A stretch of DNA of 29,494 nt from a virus. Taxonomy: Duplodnaviria > Heunggongvirae > Uroviricota > Caudoviricetes. Below, piece after piece: positions 17,233 through 26,396 of the stretch (the stretch's first letter is position 1; each line of letters begins with the position of its first letter). The notes below the pieces were generated by a model. It was not told where the DNA came from, did no database searches, and saw only the letters and a list, made by a program, of their open reading frames with translations. Made by a program: the position numbers and the translations under genes. The stretch lies in the IMG/VR virus record IMGVR_UViG_3300014922_000089; one strand, given 5' to 3'.

Positions 17233-17246
17233 ACGGAGTAAACACC

Positions 17247-17672
17247 ATGAAGAAATTATCCCTTTCACTGATGCTGAACGTGTCGCTGGCGCTGATGCTG
17301 GTACTGTCCCTGATTTACCCGCAGAGCGTGGCCGTCAGTTTTGTCGCTGCCTGGGCGATTCTGGCGACGGTTATCTGTGTGGTTGCCGGTGGTGTCGGCG
17401 TGTATGCCACTGAGTATGTACTGGAACGCTACGGGCGGGAGCTGCCGCCGGAATCGCTGGCCGTGAAGATTGTCGCGTCGCTGTTTTTGCAGCCGGTGCC
17501 GTGGCGCAGACGGGCGGCGGCTCTGGTGGTGATGGTGGCGACGTTTATCTCGCTGGTCGCTGCCGGGTGGATTTTTACTGCGCTGATTTACCTCGTGGCG
17601 TCGGTGTTTTTCCGGCTGATACGTAAAGCCTGTCGTCAGCGTCTTGAGGGGCGGGAATTATGTCAAAGCTGA
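17247..17672 (+). CDS. lysA: LysA (membrane protein, lysis timing), 141 aa
   Basis: 141 aa, strongly hydrophobic. Confidence 0.75.
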   Translation: MKKLSLSLMLNVSLALMLVLSLIYPQSVAVSFVAAWAILATVICVVAGGVGVYATEYVLERYGRELPPESLAVKIVASLFLQPVPWRRRAAALVVMVATFISLVAAGWIFTALIYLVASVFFRLIRKACRQRLEGRELCQS

Positions 17673-18085
17673 TGATTGTGCTGGTCGTGTTGTTATCGCT
17701 GGCGGTGACCGGTCTGTTTCTGGTGAAACACAAAAATGCCAGCCTGCGCGCCTCGCTGGACAGGGCGAATAACGTCGCCAGTGAACAGCAGACGACCATC
17801 ACCATGCTGAAAAATCAGCTTCATGTTGCCATCACCAGGGCAGACAAAAACGAGCTGGCGCAGGTGGCACTGCGTCAGGAACTGGAGAACGCCGCGAAGC
17901 GTGAAGCACAGCGCGAGAAAACCATCACGAGGTTACTTAATGAAAACGAAGATTTTCGCCGCTGGTATGGTGCTGACCTGCCTGATGCTGTGCGCCGGTT
18001 GCACCAGCGCCCCGCCTGCACCGACGCCAGTGATTGTCGCCAACGCCTGCCCGAAAGTGAGCCTTTGCCCGATGCCGGGCAGTGA
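17660..18085 (+). CDS. lysB: LysB (Rz-like inner-membrane spanin), 141 aa
   Basis: N-terminal transmembrane helix followed by a coiled-coil region. 141 aa. Confidence 0.75.
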   Translation: MSKLMIVLVVLLSLAVTGLFLVKHKNASLRASLDRANNVASEQQTTITMLKNQLHVAITRADKNELAQVALRQELENAAKREAQREKTITRLLNENEDFRRWYGADLPDAVRRLHQRPACTDASDCRQRLPESEPLPDAGQ

Positions 18086-18230
18086 CCCGCAGACGAACGG
18101 CGATTTAAGTGCCGATATCCGGCAGCTTGAGAACGCGCTGGCACGCTGTGCCAGCCAGGTAAAAATGATTAAACACTGTCAGGATGAAAACGATGCTCAA
18201 ACCCGACAGCCTGCGCAGGGCGCTGACTGA
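17940..18230 (+). CDS. lysC: LysC (Rz1-like outer-membrane lipoprotein spanin), 96 aa, embedded out of frame in lysB
   Basis: MKTKIFAAGMVLTCLMLCAGC: signal peptide plus lipobox. Proline-rich. Overlaps the lysB 3' end in another frame. Confidence 0.7.
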   Translation: MKTKIFAAGMVLTCLMLCAGCTSAPPAPTPVIVANACPKVSLCPMPGSDPQTNGDLSADIRQLENALARCASQVKMIKHCQDENDAQTRQPAQGAD

Positions 18231-18414
18231 TGCCGTCACGGTGCTGAAAACCAGTCCCGAGATGCTGCGGATATTCGTGGATACTGGATGTGCAAAGGCT
18301 CCTGGTCATATGCAAATAACAAAATCATTACGGATACCGGATGTGGTGATATCCACCTGGCTGGTTGTGTCGTCGAGGTCATGGGAACAAAATCTGCAAT
18401 CACCATCCGAGTGA
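18193..18414 (+). pseudogene. R: Truncated tail completion gene R (only about 32 N-terminal codons R-like, then junk)
   Basis: MLKPDSLRRALTDAVTVLKTSPEMLRIFVDTG matches the gpR N-terminus as recalled. The frame then runs into unrelated sequence. S, V, W, J and I are absent. Confidence 0.5.
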
Positions 18415-19394
18415 CAACGCCGACAACATCAAGTGGTGGCGGTACAACCAGCGCGCAATTCACTTACATTAATCATGGGGACGGCTACTCCCCCGGCTGG
18501 CGTCGTGACTGGAATCGTCAGGGCGACGCAATGACCGGAACGATTAATCAGGACGGCGGAAGCCAGAATACCTATATGTCTACGGCCTTATGTTCAGGCA
18601 CCAGAGGCGGCAAAAAATATCTCAGAAAGTTTCGTGGTGGAGAAGGAGACACTATCTGGCATGAAACAGTACAGGGCGGGGTTGTTCGCTGGGCGACTGG
18701 TAATACTGATGCTCAGGAAGAATTATCACTCAGCTCCGCTTATGGTCTCCGTTCAAGAGGTGAGATTACATCAAGCAGTGCTAATGGTCTGCGCATTGCT
18801 TATGGCAATTATGGATTCTTTATCAGGAATGATGGCAGCAGCACTTATTTTATGTTGACTAAATCAGGTGACAGATTAGGCACTTATAATAATTTAAGAC
18901 CACTGATTATAAATGATGCCACGGGTGCTGTATCAATGGGGCATGGCCTGAGTGTTACTGGTGATATTGTCTCAAGTACCAAAGTACGTGCCGGTAGCGG
19001 GAAAAAATTCACGGTCAGCAGCAGTAATACATCCACGAAGGAAGCCGCATTCAATTTGTGGGGAAACTCAAGTCGTCCGGTGGTGGCTGAATTAGGTGAT
19101 GATGCAGGCTGGCATTTTTACAGTCAGAGAAATACAGATAACAGCATCACTTTTGCTGTTAACGGTCAGGTATCACCATCTAACTATAGTAATTTTGATT
19201 CCCGTTATGTACGCGATATCCGGCTTGGGACTCGAGTTGTCCAGACCATGCAGAAAGGGGTGATGTATGAGAAAGCAGGGCACGTAATTACCGGGCTTGG
19301 TATTGTCGGTGAAGTCGATGGTGATGATCCCGCAGTATTCAGACCAATACAAAAATACATCAATGGCACATGGTATAACGTCGCACAGGTGTAA
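18288..19394 (+). pseudogene. H: 3' fragment of tail fibre gene H (C-terminal about 368 codons), no N-terminal region
   Basis: Gly/Ser/Thr-rich fibre-like sequence ending immediately before G. P2 H is 669 aa, so the 5' half is missing. Confidence 0.6.
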
Positions 19395-19397
19395 TTT

Positions 19398-19925
19398 ATG
19401 CAGCATTTAAAAAATATTACTGCGGGTAATCCAAAAACTGTTGCCCAATATCAACTGACAAAAAATTTTGATGTTATCTGGTTATGGTCCGAAGAGGGAA
19501 AAAACTGGTATGAGGAAGTAAGTAATTTTCAGGAAGACACGATAAAGATTGTTTACGACGAGAATAATATAATTGTCGGCATCACCAGAGATGCTTCAAC
19601 GCTCAACCCTGAAGGTTTTAGCGTTGTCGAGGTTCCTGATATTACCGCCAACCGACGTGCTGATGACTCAGGTAAATGGATGTTTAAGGATGGTGCCGTG
19701 ATTAAGAGGATTTATACGGCAGACGAACAGCAACAACAGGCAGAATCACAAAAGGCCGCGTTACTTTCCGAAGCGGAAAGCGTTATTCAGCCACTGGAGC
19801 GCGCTGTCAGGCTGAACATGGCAACAGATGAGGAGCGTAGCCGACTGGAAGCATGGGAACGCTACAGTGTTCTGGTCAGCCGTGTGGATCCTGCAAATCC
19901 TGAATGGCCGGAAATGCCGCAATAA
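19398..19925 (+). CDS. G: Tail fibre assembly chaperone G (175 aa)
   Basis: 175 aa, as P2 G. Immediately downstream of the H fragment. Confidence 0.8.
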   Translation: MQHLKNITAGNPKTVAQYQLTKNFDVIWLWSEEGKNWYEEVSNFQEDTIKIVYDENNIIVGITRDASTLNPEGFSVVEVPDITANRRADDSGKWMFKDGAVIKRIYTADEQQQQAESQKAALLSEAESVIQPLERAVRLNMATDEERSRLEAWERYSVLVSRVDPANPEWPEMPQ

Positions 19926-20076
19926 GTTGTATGAGCTGACATATCTATAGCACAGAGTAAAGCCTAATCTGACAGTCCGCTCTGTGCAAGGAGCGGACAT
20001 TACCTAACACATTGGTAACCTTCACAGATTTACGCGTTCTACATAGTTAGCATTGTATCTGATGAGTTATCATGTT

Positions 20077-20856
20077 TTAAAATATCCAACTGATAAATCC
20101 ACCTGAATACTTTTCACTAATTTTGATTGCATAAAGATCATGAAGAGTTATAAATAAATCATTATCTTCTTTGAAAATTAACTCCTCATATTCTGCCATT
20201 ATCAAATTATGCTGTGTTGTTAGTTTAGATATGTTATCTATTTCACTGGCAAGCATGGATTTGTTTACATTGGTGTGTGGATCCATGGCAATATATTTCC
20301 GCATCAATGGAATTAGTTGATCAGGGTCTATATTTTTTGCATTTTCCTTTGCTTTTTTTTGTCTTTCTGAATAGATGGAGTTAATTGTGTCAGTGTGTTT
20401 TTTCGCCAGTCTCTTAAACTCTGGATATGAACCAGTAACTAATGCAAGCTCTTCGTACTTAAGGAATAAATCGATATTGCATTTTTTTACCGTCATTTCA
20501 AGATCTTCAACTCTTTTTTTTAACTCTTCATTTGTTTTAATAAGAGACATCGGGAGAACTTCATAATGTTGTCCTAATTCTGAATCAGGGCTCATTGCCA
20601 TATGTACTATTTCATTATACATGAGCTGATAAGAAGCAGATAACTCTCCATACTTTAGAAATAGTTCATTATGTGAAGATGAACAAGAACTTTGTAATTT
20701 CATCATTGGCCTAAAGTAATCCTTTATAAACTCCTCCTGAAGATCTTGGTCTTTTTTGTAGCTCTCTAGGATTCCAGCAAAAAGAAATGACCCTAAAGAT
20801 ATAGAGATTATGGATATTAGCAATTGACTAAGGAATGATTGTGTTTCATTACTCAT
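20077..20856 (-). CDS. AT-rich cargo protein, 259 aa, N-terminal transmembrane helix (Z/fun-position gene)
   Basis: ATG at 20856 with AAGGA SD. One predicted transmembrane helix (LSQLLISIISISLGSFLFAGIL), then a helical soluble region. Opposite strand to the late genes. AT-rich. Confidence 0.65.
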   Translation of the reverse strand: MSNETQSFLSQLLISIISISLGSFLFAGILESYKKDQDLQEEFIKDYFRPMMKLQSSCSSSHNELFLKYGELSASYQLMYNEIVHMAMSPDSELGQHYEVLPMSLIKTNEELKKRVEDLEMTVKKCNIDLFLKYEELALVTGSYPEFKRLAKKHTDTINSIYSERQKKAKENAKNIDPDQLIPLMRKYIAMDPHTNVNKSMLASEIDNISKLTTQHNLIMAEYEELIFKEDNDLFITLHDLYAIKISEKYSGGFISWIF

Positions 20857-21133
20857 AAAACATCCTTAAAAAATAACACGAAAAGTGACTCCTGACAGGG
20901 AAGAAACGACAGGTCGGAAACAAACTTAACTGATGAGTTAGCCGTAGTCCAGAACCTTGTTTGAACACTTAGTGTGACTGTTTGCATCTCAGGAATTTGT
21001 GCCAATAACATTTGAATCCTTATAATTTATTTAAATCAAATTTAGTTACTCGCTCAAAGCAGGCTGTCAGATTTGATAGCATTTGGGCTATGTAAATTGT
21101 CAGGCGGAAAATGAGTGAGTACAAATCAGGACA

Positions 21134-21160
21134 GGCGGGCGAATTGCCCGCCTTTTCTTT
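21134..21160 (+). terminator. Terminator-like hairpin (GGCGGGC-GAATT-GCCCGCC + TTTTCTTT) upstream of FI
   Basis: Perfect 7-bp GC stem followed by a T-rich run on the + strand. Confidence 0.45.
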
Positions 21161-21256
21161 ATCTGTTGTTTCATCCACTGACCAGCCAGGTCAAATAGCG
21201 TCTCATGCTCTGCACAACAGAAAATAGTTGCACCCATTAACCACGGAGTTAAACGG

Positions 21257-22447
21257 ATGAGTGACTATCATCACGGCGTGCAGGTGCTGGAGATTAACGA
21301 CGGCACCCGCGTCATTTCCACCGTATCCACAGCCATTGTCGGCATGGTCTGCACGGCCAGCGATGCGGATGCGGAAACCTTCCCCATCAATAAACCGGTG
21401 CTGATTACCAATGTGCAGAGCGCAATTGCAAAGGCTGGTAAAAAAGGCACGCTGGCGGCATCGTTGCAGGCCATCGCCGACCAGTCAAAACCGGTCACCG
21501 TTGTCGTGCGTGTGGAAGACGGCACCGGCGACGACGAGGAAACGAAACTCGCGCAGACCGTTTCCAATATCATCGGCACCACCGACGAAAACGGTCAGTA
21601 CACCGGACTGAAAGCCCTGCTGGCGGCGGAGTCGGTAACCGGTGTTAAACCGCGTATTCTCGGCGTGCCGGGACTGGACACCAAAGAGGTGGCTGTTGCA
21701 CTGGCATCAGTCTGTCAGAAGCTGCGCGCTTTCGGGTATATCAGCGCATGGGGCTGTAAAACCATTTCCGAGGTGAAAGCCTACCGTCAGAATTTCAGCC
21801 AGCGTGAGCTGATGGTCATCTGGCCGGATTTCCTCGCATGGGATACGGTTGCCAGTACCACCGCCACCGCGTATGCCACCGCCCGTGCGCTGGGTCTGCG
21901 TGCCAGAATCGACCAGGAGCAGGGCTGGCATAAAACGCTGTCCAACGTCGGGGTGAACGGTGTTACCGGCATCAGCGCATCTGTATTCTGGGATTTGCAG
22001 GAGTCCGGCACCGATGCTGACCTGCTGAATGAGTCAGGCGTCACAACGCTGATTCGCCGTGACGGTTTCCGCTTCTGGGGTAACCGTACCTGCTCTGATG
22101 ACCCGCTGTTCCTCTTTGAAAACTACACCCGCACCGCGCAGGTGCTGGCCGATACGATGGCTGAGGCGCACATGTGGGCGGTGGACAAGCCCATCACCGC
22201 AACGCTGATTCGCGACATCGTTGACGGCATCAATGCCAAATTCCGTGAGCTGAAAACAAACGGCTATATCGTGGATGCGACCTGCTGGTTCAGCGAAGAA
22301 TCCAACGATGCGGAAACCCTCAAGGCCGGAAAACTGTATATCGACTACGACTATACCCCGGTGCCTCCTCTCGAAAACCTGACCCTGCGCCAGCGTATTA
22401 CCGATAAATACCTGGCAAATCTGGTCACCTCGGTTAACAGCAATTAA
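21257..22447 (+). CDS. FI: Tail sheath protein FI (396 aa)
   Basis: 396 aa, as P2 FI. Confidence 0.9.
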   Translation: MSDYHHGVQVLEINDGTRVISTVSTAIVGMVCTASDADAETFPINKPVLITNVQSAIAKAGKKGTLAASLQAIADQSKPVTVVVRVEDGTGDDEETKLAQTVSNIIGTTDENGQYTGLKALLAAESVTGVKPRILGVPGLDTKEVAVALASVCQKLRAFGYISAWGCKTISEVKAYRQNFSQRELMVIWPDFLAWDTVASTTATAYATARALGLRARIDQEQGWHKTLSNVGVNGVTGISASVFWDLQESGTDADLLNESGVTTLIRRDGFRFWGNRTCSDDPLFLFENYTRTAQVLADTMAEAHMWAVDKPITATLIRDIVDGINAKFRELKTNGYIVDATCWFSEESNDAETLKAGKLYIDYDYTPVPPLENLTLRQRITDKYLANLVTSVNSN

Positions 22448-22459
22448 GGAGCCTGACCG

Positions 22460-22978
22460 ATGGCAATGCCGCGCAAACTCAAGTTAATGAACGTCTTTCT
22501 GAACGGCTACAGCTATCAGGGCGTTGCAAAGTCCGTCACGCTGCCAAAACTGACCCGTAAACTCGAAAACTATCGCGGTGCGGGGATGAACGGAAGCGCA
22601 CCGGTAGACCTCGGCCTTGATGACGATGCGCTGTCAATGGAGTGGTCGCTCGGGGGCTTCCCGGATTCGGTTATCTGGGAGCTTTACGCCGCAACCGGTG
22701 TGGATGCCGTGCCGATTCGTTTTGCCGGTTCTTACCAGCGTGACGATACCGGCGAAACGGTGGCCGTCGAGGTGGTCATGCGTGGACGTCAGAAAGAAAT
22801 CGACACCGGTGAGGGTAAACAGGGAGAAGACACCGAGTCGAAAATCTCCGTGGTCTGCACCTATTTCCGGCTGACGATGGACGGTAAGGAGCTGGTCGAA
22901 ATTGATACCATCAACATGATTGAGAAGGTGAACGGCGTCGACCGGCTGGAGCAACACCGCCGCAATATCGGCCTGTGA
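22460..22978 (+). CDS. FII: Tail tube protein FII (172 aa)
   Basis: 172 aa, as P2 FII. Confidence 0.9.
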   Translation: MAMPRKLKLMNVFLNGYSYQGVAKSVTLPKLTRKLENYRGAGMNGSAPVDLGLDDDALSMEWSLGGFPDSVIWELYAATGVDAVPIRFAGSYQRDDTGETVAVEVVMRGRQKEIDTGEGKQGEDTESKISVVCTYFRLTMDGKELVEIDTINMIEKVNGVDRLEQHRRNIGL

Positions 22979-23034
22979 TTTTCATCCGGTCAGCCTGGCT
23001 GACCGGTTAACCCCGATTCATAAGTGAGAAAACC

Positions 23035-23310
23035 ATGAACAAAGAAAATGTGATTACCCTGGACAATCCGGTCAAGCGTGGTGAGCAGGTCATCGAACAG
23101 GTCACGCTGATGAAACCCAGTGCCGGGACGCTGCGCGGTGTCAGTCTGGCTGCGGTCGCGAACTCTGAAGTCGATGCACTGATTAAGGTGCTGCCGCGCA
23201 TGACGGCACCGATGCTGACCGAGCAGGAAGTCGCCGCGCTGGAACTGCCTGACCTTGTGGCGCTGGCCGGTAAGGTGGTCGGTTTTTTGTCGCCGAACTC
23301 GGTGCAGTGA
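23035..23310 (+). CDS. E: Tail assembly chaperone E (91 aa); E+E' extension by -1 frameshift to about 23460
   Basis: 91 aa. Slippery GGTTTTTTG near the 3' end. The -1 frame stays open to just before the T start. Confidence 0.75.
   Translation: MNKENVITLDNPVKRGEQVIEQVTLMKPSAGTLRGVSLAAVANSEVDALIKVLPRMTAPMLTEQEVAALELPDLVALAGKVVGFLSPNSVQ
23281..23289 (+). promoter_or_regulatory. Programmed -1 ribosomal frameshift slippery site (G GTT TTT TG) for E+E'
   Basis: Heptanucleotide T-run at the end of E. The -1 frame encodes ...VAEFPKNLSVDDLMADVAVIFHWPPSELYPMSLTELITWREKALRRSGNTNE. Confidence 0.6.
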
Positions 23311-23454
23311 CGTTCCCGAAAAATCTCTCGGTCGATGACCTGATGGCGGATGTGGCAGTGATATTTCACTGGCCGCCATCAGAACTGTATCCCATGAGTC
23401 TGACCGAACTCATCACATGGCGCGAAAAGGCGCTCCGGCGAAGCGGAAACACGA

Positions 23455-25902
23455 ATGAGTAACAATGTAAAATTACAGGTATTGCTCAGGGCTGTTGACC
23501 AGGCATCCCGCCCGTTTAAATCCATCCGCACAGCGAGCAAATCGCTGTCGGGGGATATCCGGGAAACACAAAAATCACTGCGCGAGCTGAACGGTCAGGC
23601 ATCCCGTATTGAGGGATTTCGCAAGACCAGTGCACAGCTCGCCGTGACTGGTCATGCACTTGAAAAGGCACGGCAGGAGGCCGAAGCCCTTGCCACGCAG
23701 TTTAAAAATACCGAACGTCCGACCCGTGCTCAGGCGAAAGTGCTGGAATCCGCAAAGCGTGCGGCGGAGGACTTACAGGCGAAATATAACCGCCTGACAG
23801 ATTCCGTTAAACGCCAGCAGCGGGAACTGGCCGCTGTGGGAATTAATACCCGCAATCTTGCACATGATGAGCAGGGACTGAAAAACCGTATCAGTGAAAC
23901 CACCGCACAGCTTAACCGGCAGCGTGACGCGCTGGCGCGTGTCAGTGCGCAACAGGCAAAACTTAATGCAGTAAAACAGCGTTATCAGGCCGGAAAGGAA
24001 CTGGCCGGAAATATGGCCTCAGTGGGCGCTGCCGGTGTGGGGATTGCTGCTGCGGGAACGATGGCCGGAGTTAAGTTGCTGATGCCCGGTTATGAGTTTG
24101 CGCAGAAAAACTCAGAATTGCAGGCCGTGCTCGGTGTGGCAAAAGACTCCGCCGAAATGACCGCACTCCGCAAGCAGGCGCGCCAGCTCGGCGACAACAC
24201 CGCCGCCTCAGCGGATGATGCGGCTGGTGCGCAGATTATCATTGCGAAAGCGGGTGGAGATGCTGCGGCTATTCAGGCGGCAACGCCGGTCACACTGAAT
24301 ATGGCACTGGCGAATCAGCGGTCGATGGAAGAAAACGCGCAACTGTTGCTGGGGACTAAGGCATCCTTTCAACTGTCAAATGATGATGTCAGCCATGTGG
24401 GCGACGTGTTGTCGGCAACGATGAATAAGTCGGCGGCTGATTTTCAGGGACTCAGTGATGCACTGACTTACCTCGGTCCGGTTGCTAGGACGGCAGGTGT
24501 AAGTCTTGAACAGGCAGCGGCCATGACAGGTGTGCTGCATGACAATAACATCAGGGGGTCAATGGCGGGGACGGGGAGCAGTGCCGTTGTCACCCGATTA
24601 CAGGCACCGACTGGAAAAGCATGGGATGCACTCAAAGAGCTTGGCGTTAAAACCTCGGACAAAAAGGGAAATATGCGTCCGTTGTTCACCATTCTGAAAG
24701 AGATTCAGGCCAGCTTTGATAAACACAAGCTGGGAACGTCTCAGAAGGGGGAATACCTTAAAACCATTTTTGGTGAGGAAGCCCTGAAATCAGCGAACGT
24801 TTTACTGGCAGCGGCAGCAAGCGGAAAACTGGATAAGCTGACCGCCACGCTGAAAGCCTCGGACGGTAAAACGGAAGAGCTGGTTAAAATCATGCAGGAT
24901 AACCTCGGCGGTGACTTTAAGGAGTTTCAGTCTGCTTATGAGGCGGTGGGGACTGACCTGTTTGACCAGCAGGAAGGCGCACTGCGTAATCTCACACAGA
25001 CGGCCACAAAGTATGTGTTAAAACTCGATGGCTGGATCCAGAAAAACAAATCACTGGCGTCAACCATCGGCCTCATTGCCGGTGGCGCACTGGCGCTGAC
25101 TGCTGTCATCGGTGCCATTGGCCTCGTAGCCTGGCCGGTTATCACTGGCATCAATGCCATTATCGCGGCAGCAGGCGCAATGGGGGCAATCTTCACGACG
25201 GTTGGCAGTGCTGTTATGACCGCCATCGGGGCGATTAGCTGGCCGGTTGTGGCCGTGGTGGCCGCCATTGTCGCCGGGGCGTTGCTTATCCGTAAATACT
25301 GGGAGCCTGTCAGCGCATTCTTTGGCGGTGTGATGGAAGGGCTGAAAGCGGCATTTGCGCCGGTGGGGGAACTGTTCACGCCACTTAAGCCGGTGTTTGA
25401 CTGGCTGGGCGAAAAGTTACAGGCCGCGTGGCAGTGGTTTAAAAACCTGATTGCCCCGGTCAAAGCCACCCAGGACACCCTGAACCGTTGCCGTGATACT
25501 GGCGTCATGTTCGGGCAGGCACTGGCTGACGCGCTGATGCTGCCGCTTAATGCGTTCAACAAACTGCGCAGCGGAATTGACTGGGTACTGGAAAAACTCG
25601 GTGTTATCAACAAAGAGTCAGACACACTTGACCAGACCGCCGCCAGAACTCAAGCCGCCACGTATGGCAGCGGTGGTTATATTCCGGCGACCAGCTCTTA
25701 TGCAGGCTATCAGGCTTATCAGCCGGTTACGGCACCGGCTGGCCGCTCTTATGTGGACCAGAGTAAAAACGAATATCACATCAGCCTGACGGGTGGTACT
25801 GCGCCGGGGACACAGCTTGACCGCCAGTTACAGGATGCACTCGAAAAATACGAGCGGGATAAACGTGCGCGCGCCCGTGCCAGCATGATGCATGACGGTT
25901 AA
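23455..25902 (+). CDS. T: Tail tape measure protein T (815 aa)
   Basis: 815 aa, as P2 T. Coiled-coil N-terminus and Ala/Gly-rich hydrophobic central region. Confidence 0.9.
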   Translation: MSNNVKLQVLLRAVDQASRPFKSIRTASKSLSGDIRETQKSLRELNGQASRIEGFRKTSAQLAVTGHALEKARQEAEALATQFKNTERPTRAQAKVLESAKRAAEDLQAKYNRLTDSVKRQQRELAAVGINTRNLAHDEQGLKNRISETTAQLNRQRDALARVSAQQAKLNAVKQRYQAGKELAGNMASVGAAGVGIAAAGTMAGVKLLMPGYEFAQKNSELQAVLGVAKDSAEMTALRKQARQLGDNTAASADDAAGAQIIIAKAGGDAAAIQAATPVTLNMALANQRSMEENAQLLLGTKASFQLSNDDVSHVGDVLSATMNKSAADFQGLSDALTYLGPVARTAGVSLEQAAAMTGVLHDNNIRGSMAGTGSSAVVTRLQAPTGKAWDALKELGVKTSDKKGNMRPLFTILKEIQASFDKHKLGTSQKGEYLKTIFGEEALKSANVLLAAAASGKLDKLTATLKASDGKTEELVKIMQDNLGGDFKEFQSAYEAVGTDLFDQQEGALRNLTQTATKYVLKLDGWIQKNKSLASTIGLIAGGALALTAVIGAIGLVAWPVITGINAIIAAAGAMGAIFTTVGSAVMTAIGAISWPVVAVVAAIVAGALLIRKYWEPVSAFFGGVMEGLKAAFAPVGELFTPLKPVFDWLGEKLQAAWQWFKNLIAPVKATQDTLNRCRDTGVMFGQALADALMLPLNAFNKLRSGIDWVLEKLGVINKESDTLDQTAARTQAATYGSGGYIPATSSYAGYQAYQPVTAPAGRSYVDQSKNEYHISLTGGTAPGTQLDRQLQDALEKYERDKRARARASMMHDG

Positions 25903-25916
25903 GGAGGTGACGAAAA

Positions 25917-26396
25917 ATGATGCTCGCGTTAGGTATGTTTGTTTTTATGCGCCAGACGCTGCCACACCAGACCATGCAGCGTGAATCAGATTATCGCTGG
26001 CCGTCAAATTCCCGTATCGGTAAACGGGATGCCTACCAGTTTCTCGGTGTGGGTGAGGAAAACATCACGCTTGCCGGTGTGCTTTATCCCGAACTGACCG
26101 GCGGCAAGCTGACGATGACCACGCTCAGGCTGATGGCAGAGGAAGGCCGGGCGTGGCCGTTGCTGGATGGCACCGGCATGATTTACGGCATGTATGTCAT
26201 CAGCAAGGTGAGTGAAACAGGGAGTATTTTCTTTGCAGACGGCACACCCCGAAAAATTGATTTTACGCTGTCGCTCACCCGTGTTGATGAATCACTGGCC
26301 GCGCTTTATGGCGATATCGGTAAACAGGCGGAATCGCTCATCGGTAAGGCTGGCAGTATGGCGGCTAAATTCACGGGTATGACGGGGGCGGAATAA
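25917..26396 (+). CDS. U: Tail protein U (159 aa)
   Basis: 159 aa, as P2 U. Confidence 0.85.
   Translation: MMLALGMFVFMRQTLPHQTMQRESDYRWPSNSRIGKRDAYQFLGVGEENITLAGVLYPELTGGKLTMTTLRLMAEEGRAWPLLDGTGMIYGMYVISKVSETGSIFFADGTPRKIDFTLSLTRVDESLAALYGDIGKQAESLIGKAGSMAAKFTGMTGAE

Noticed and set aside
20857-21256. Promoter for the minus-strand cargo gene from TTGAAT/TATAAT-like hexamers
   Set aside because: The hexamers are present in AT-rich sequence but at wrong spacing (3-9 nt). No confident -35/-10 pair could be called.
24936-25625. 229-aa minus-strand ORF inside tape measure gene T, with other antisense ORFs in O, N, M, L, FI and D (e.g. 13263-13683, 15041-15640, 15933-16343, 26443-27012)
   Set aside because: Same reasoning: spurious open frames antisense to structural genes whose lengths match P2 exactly.
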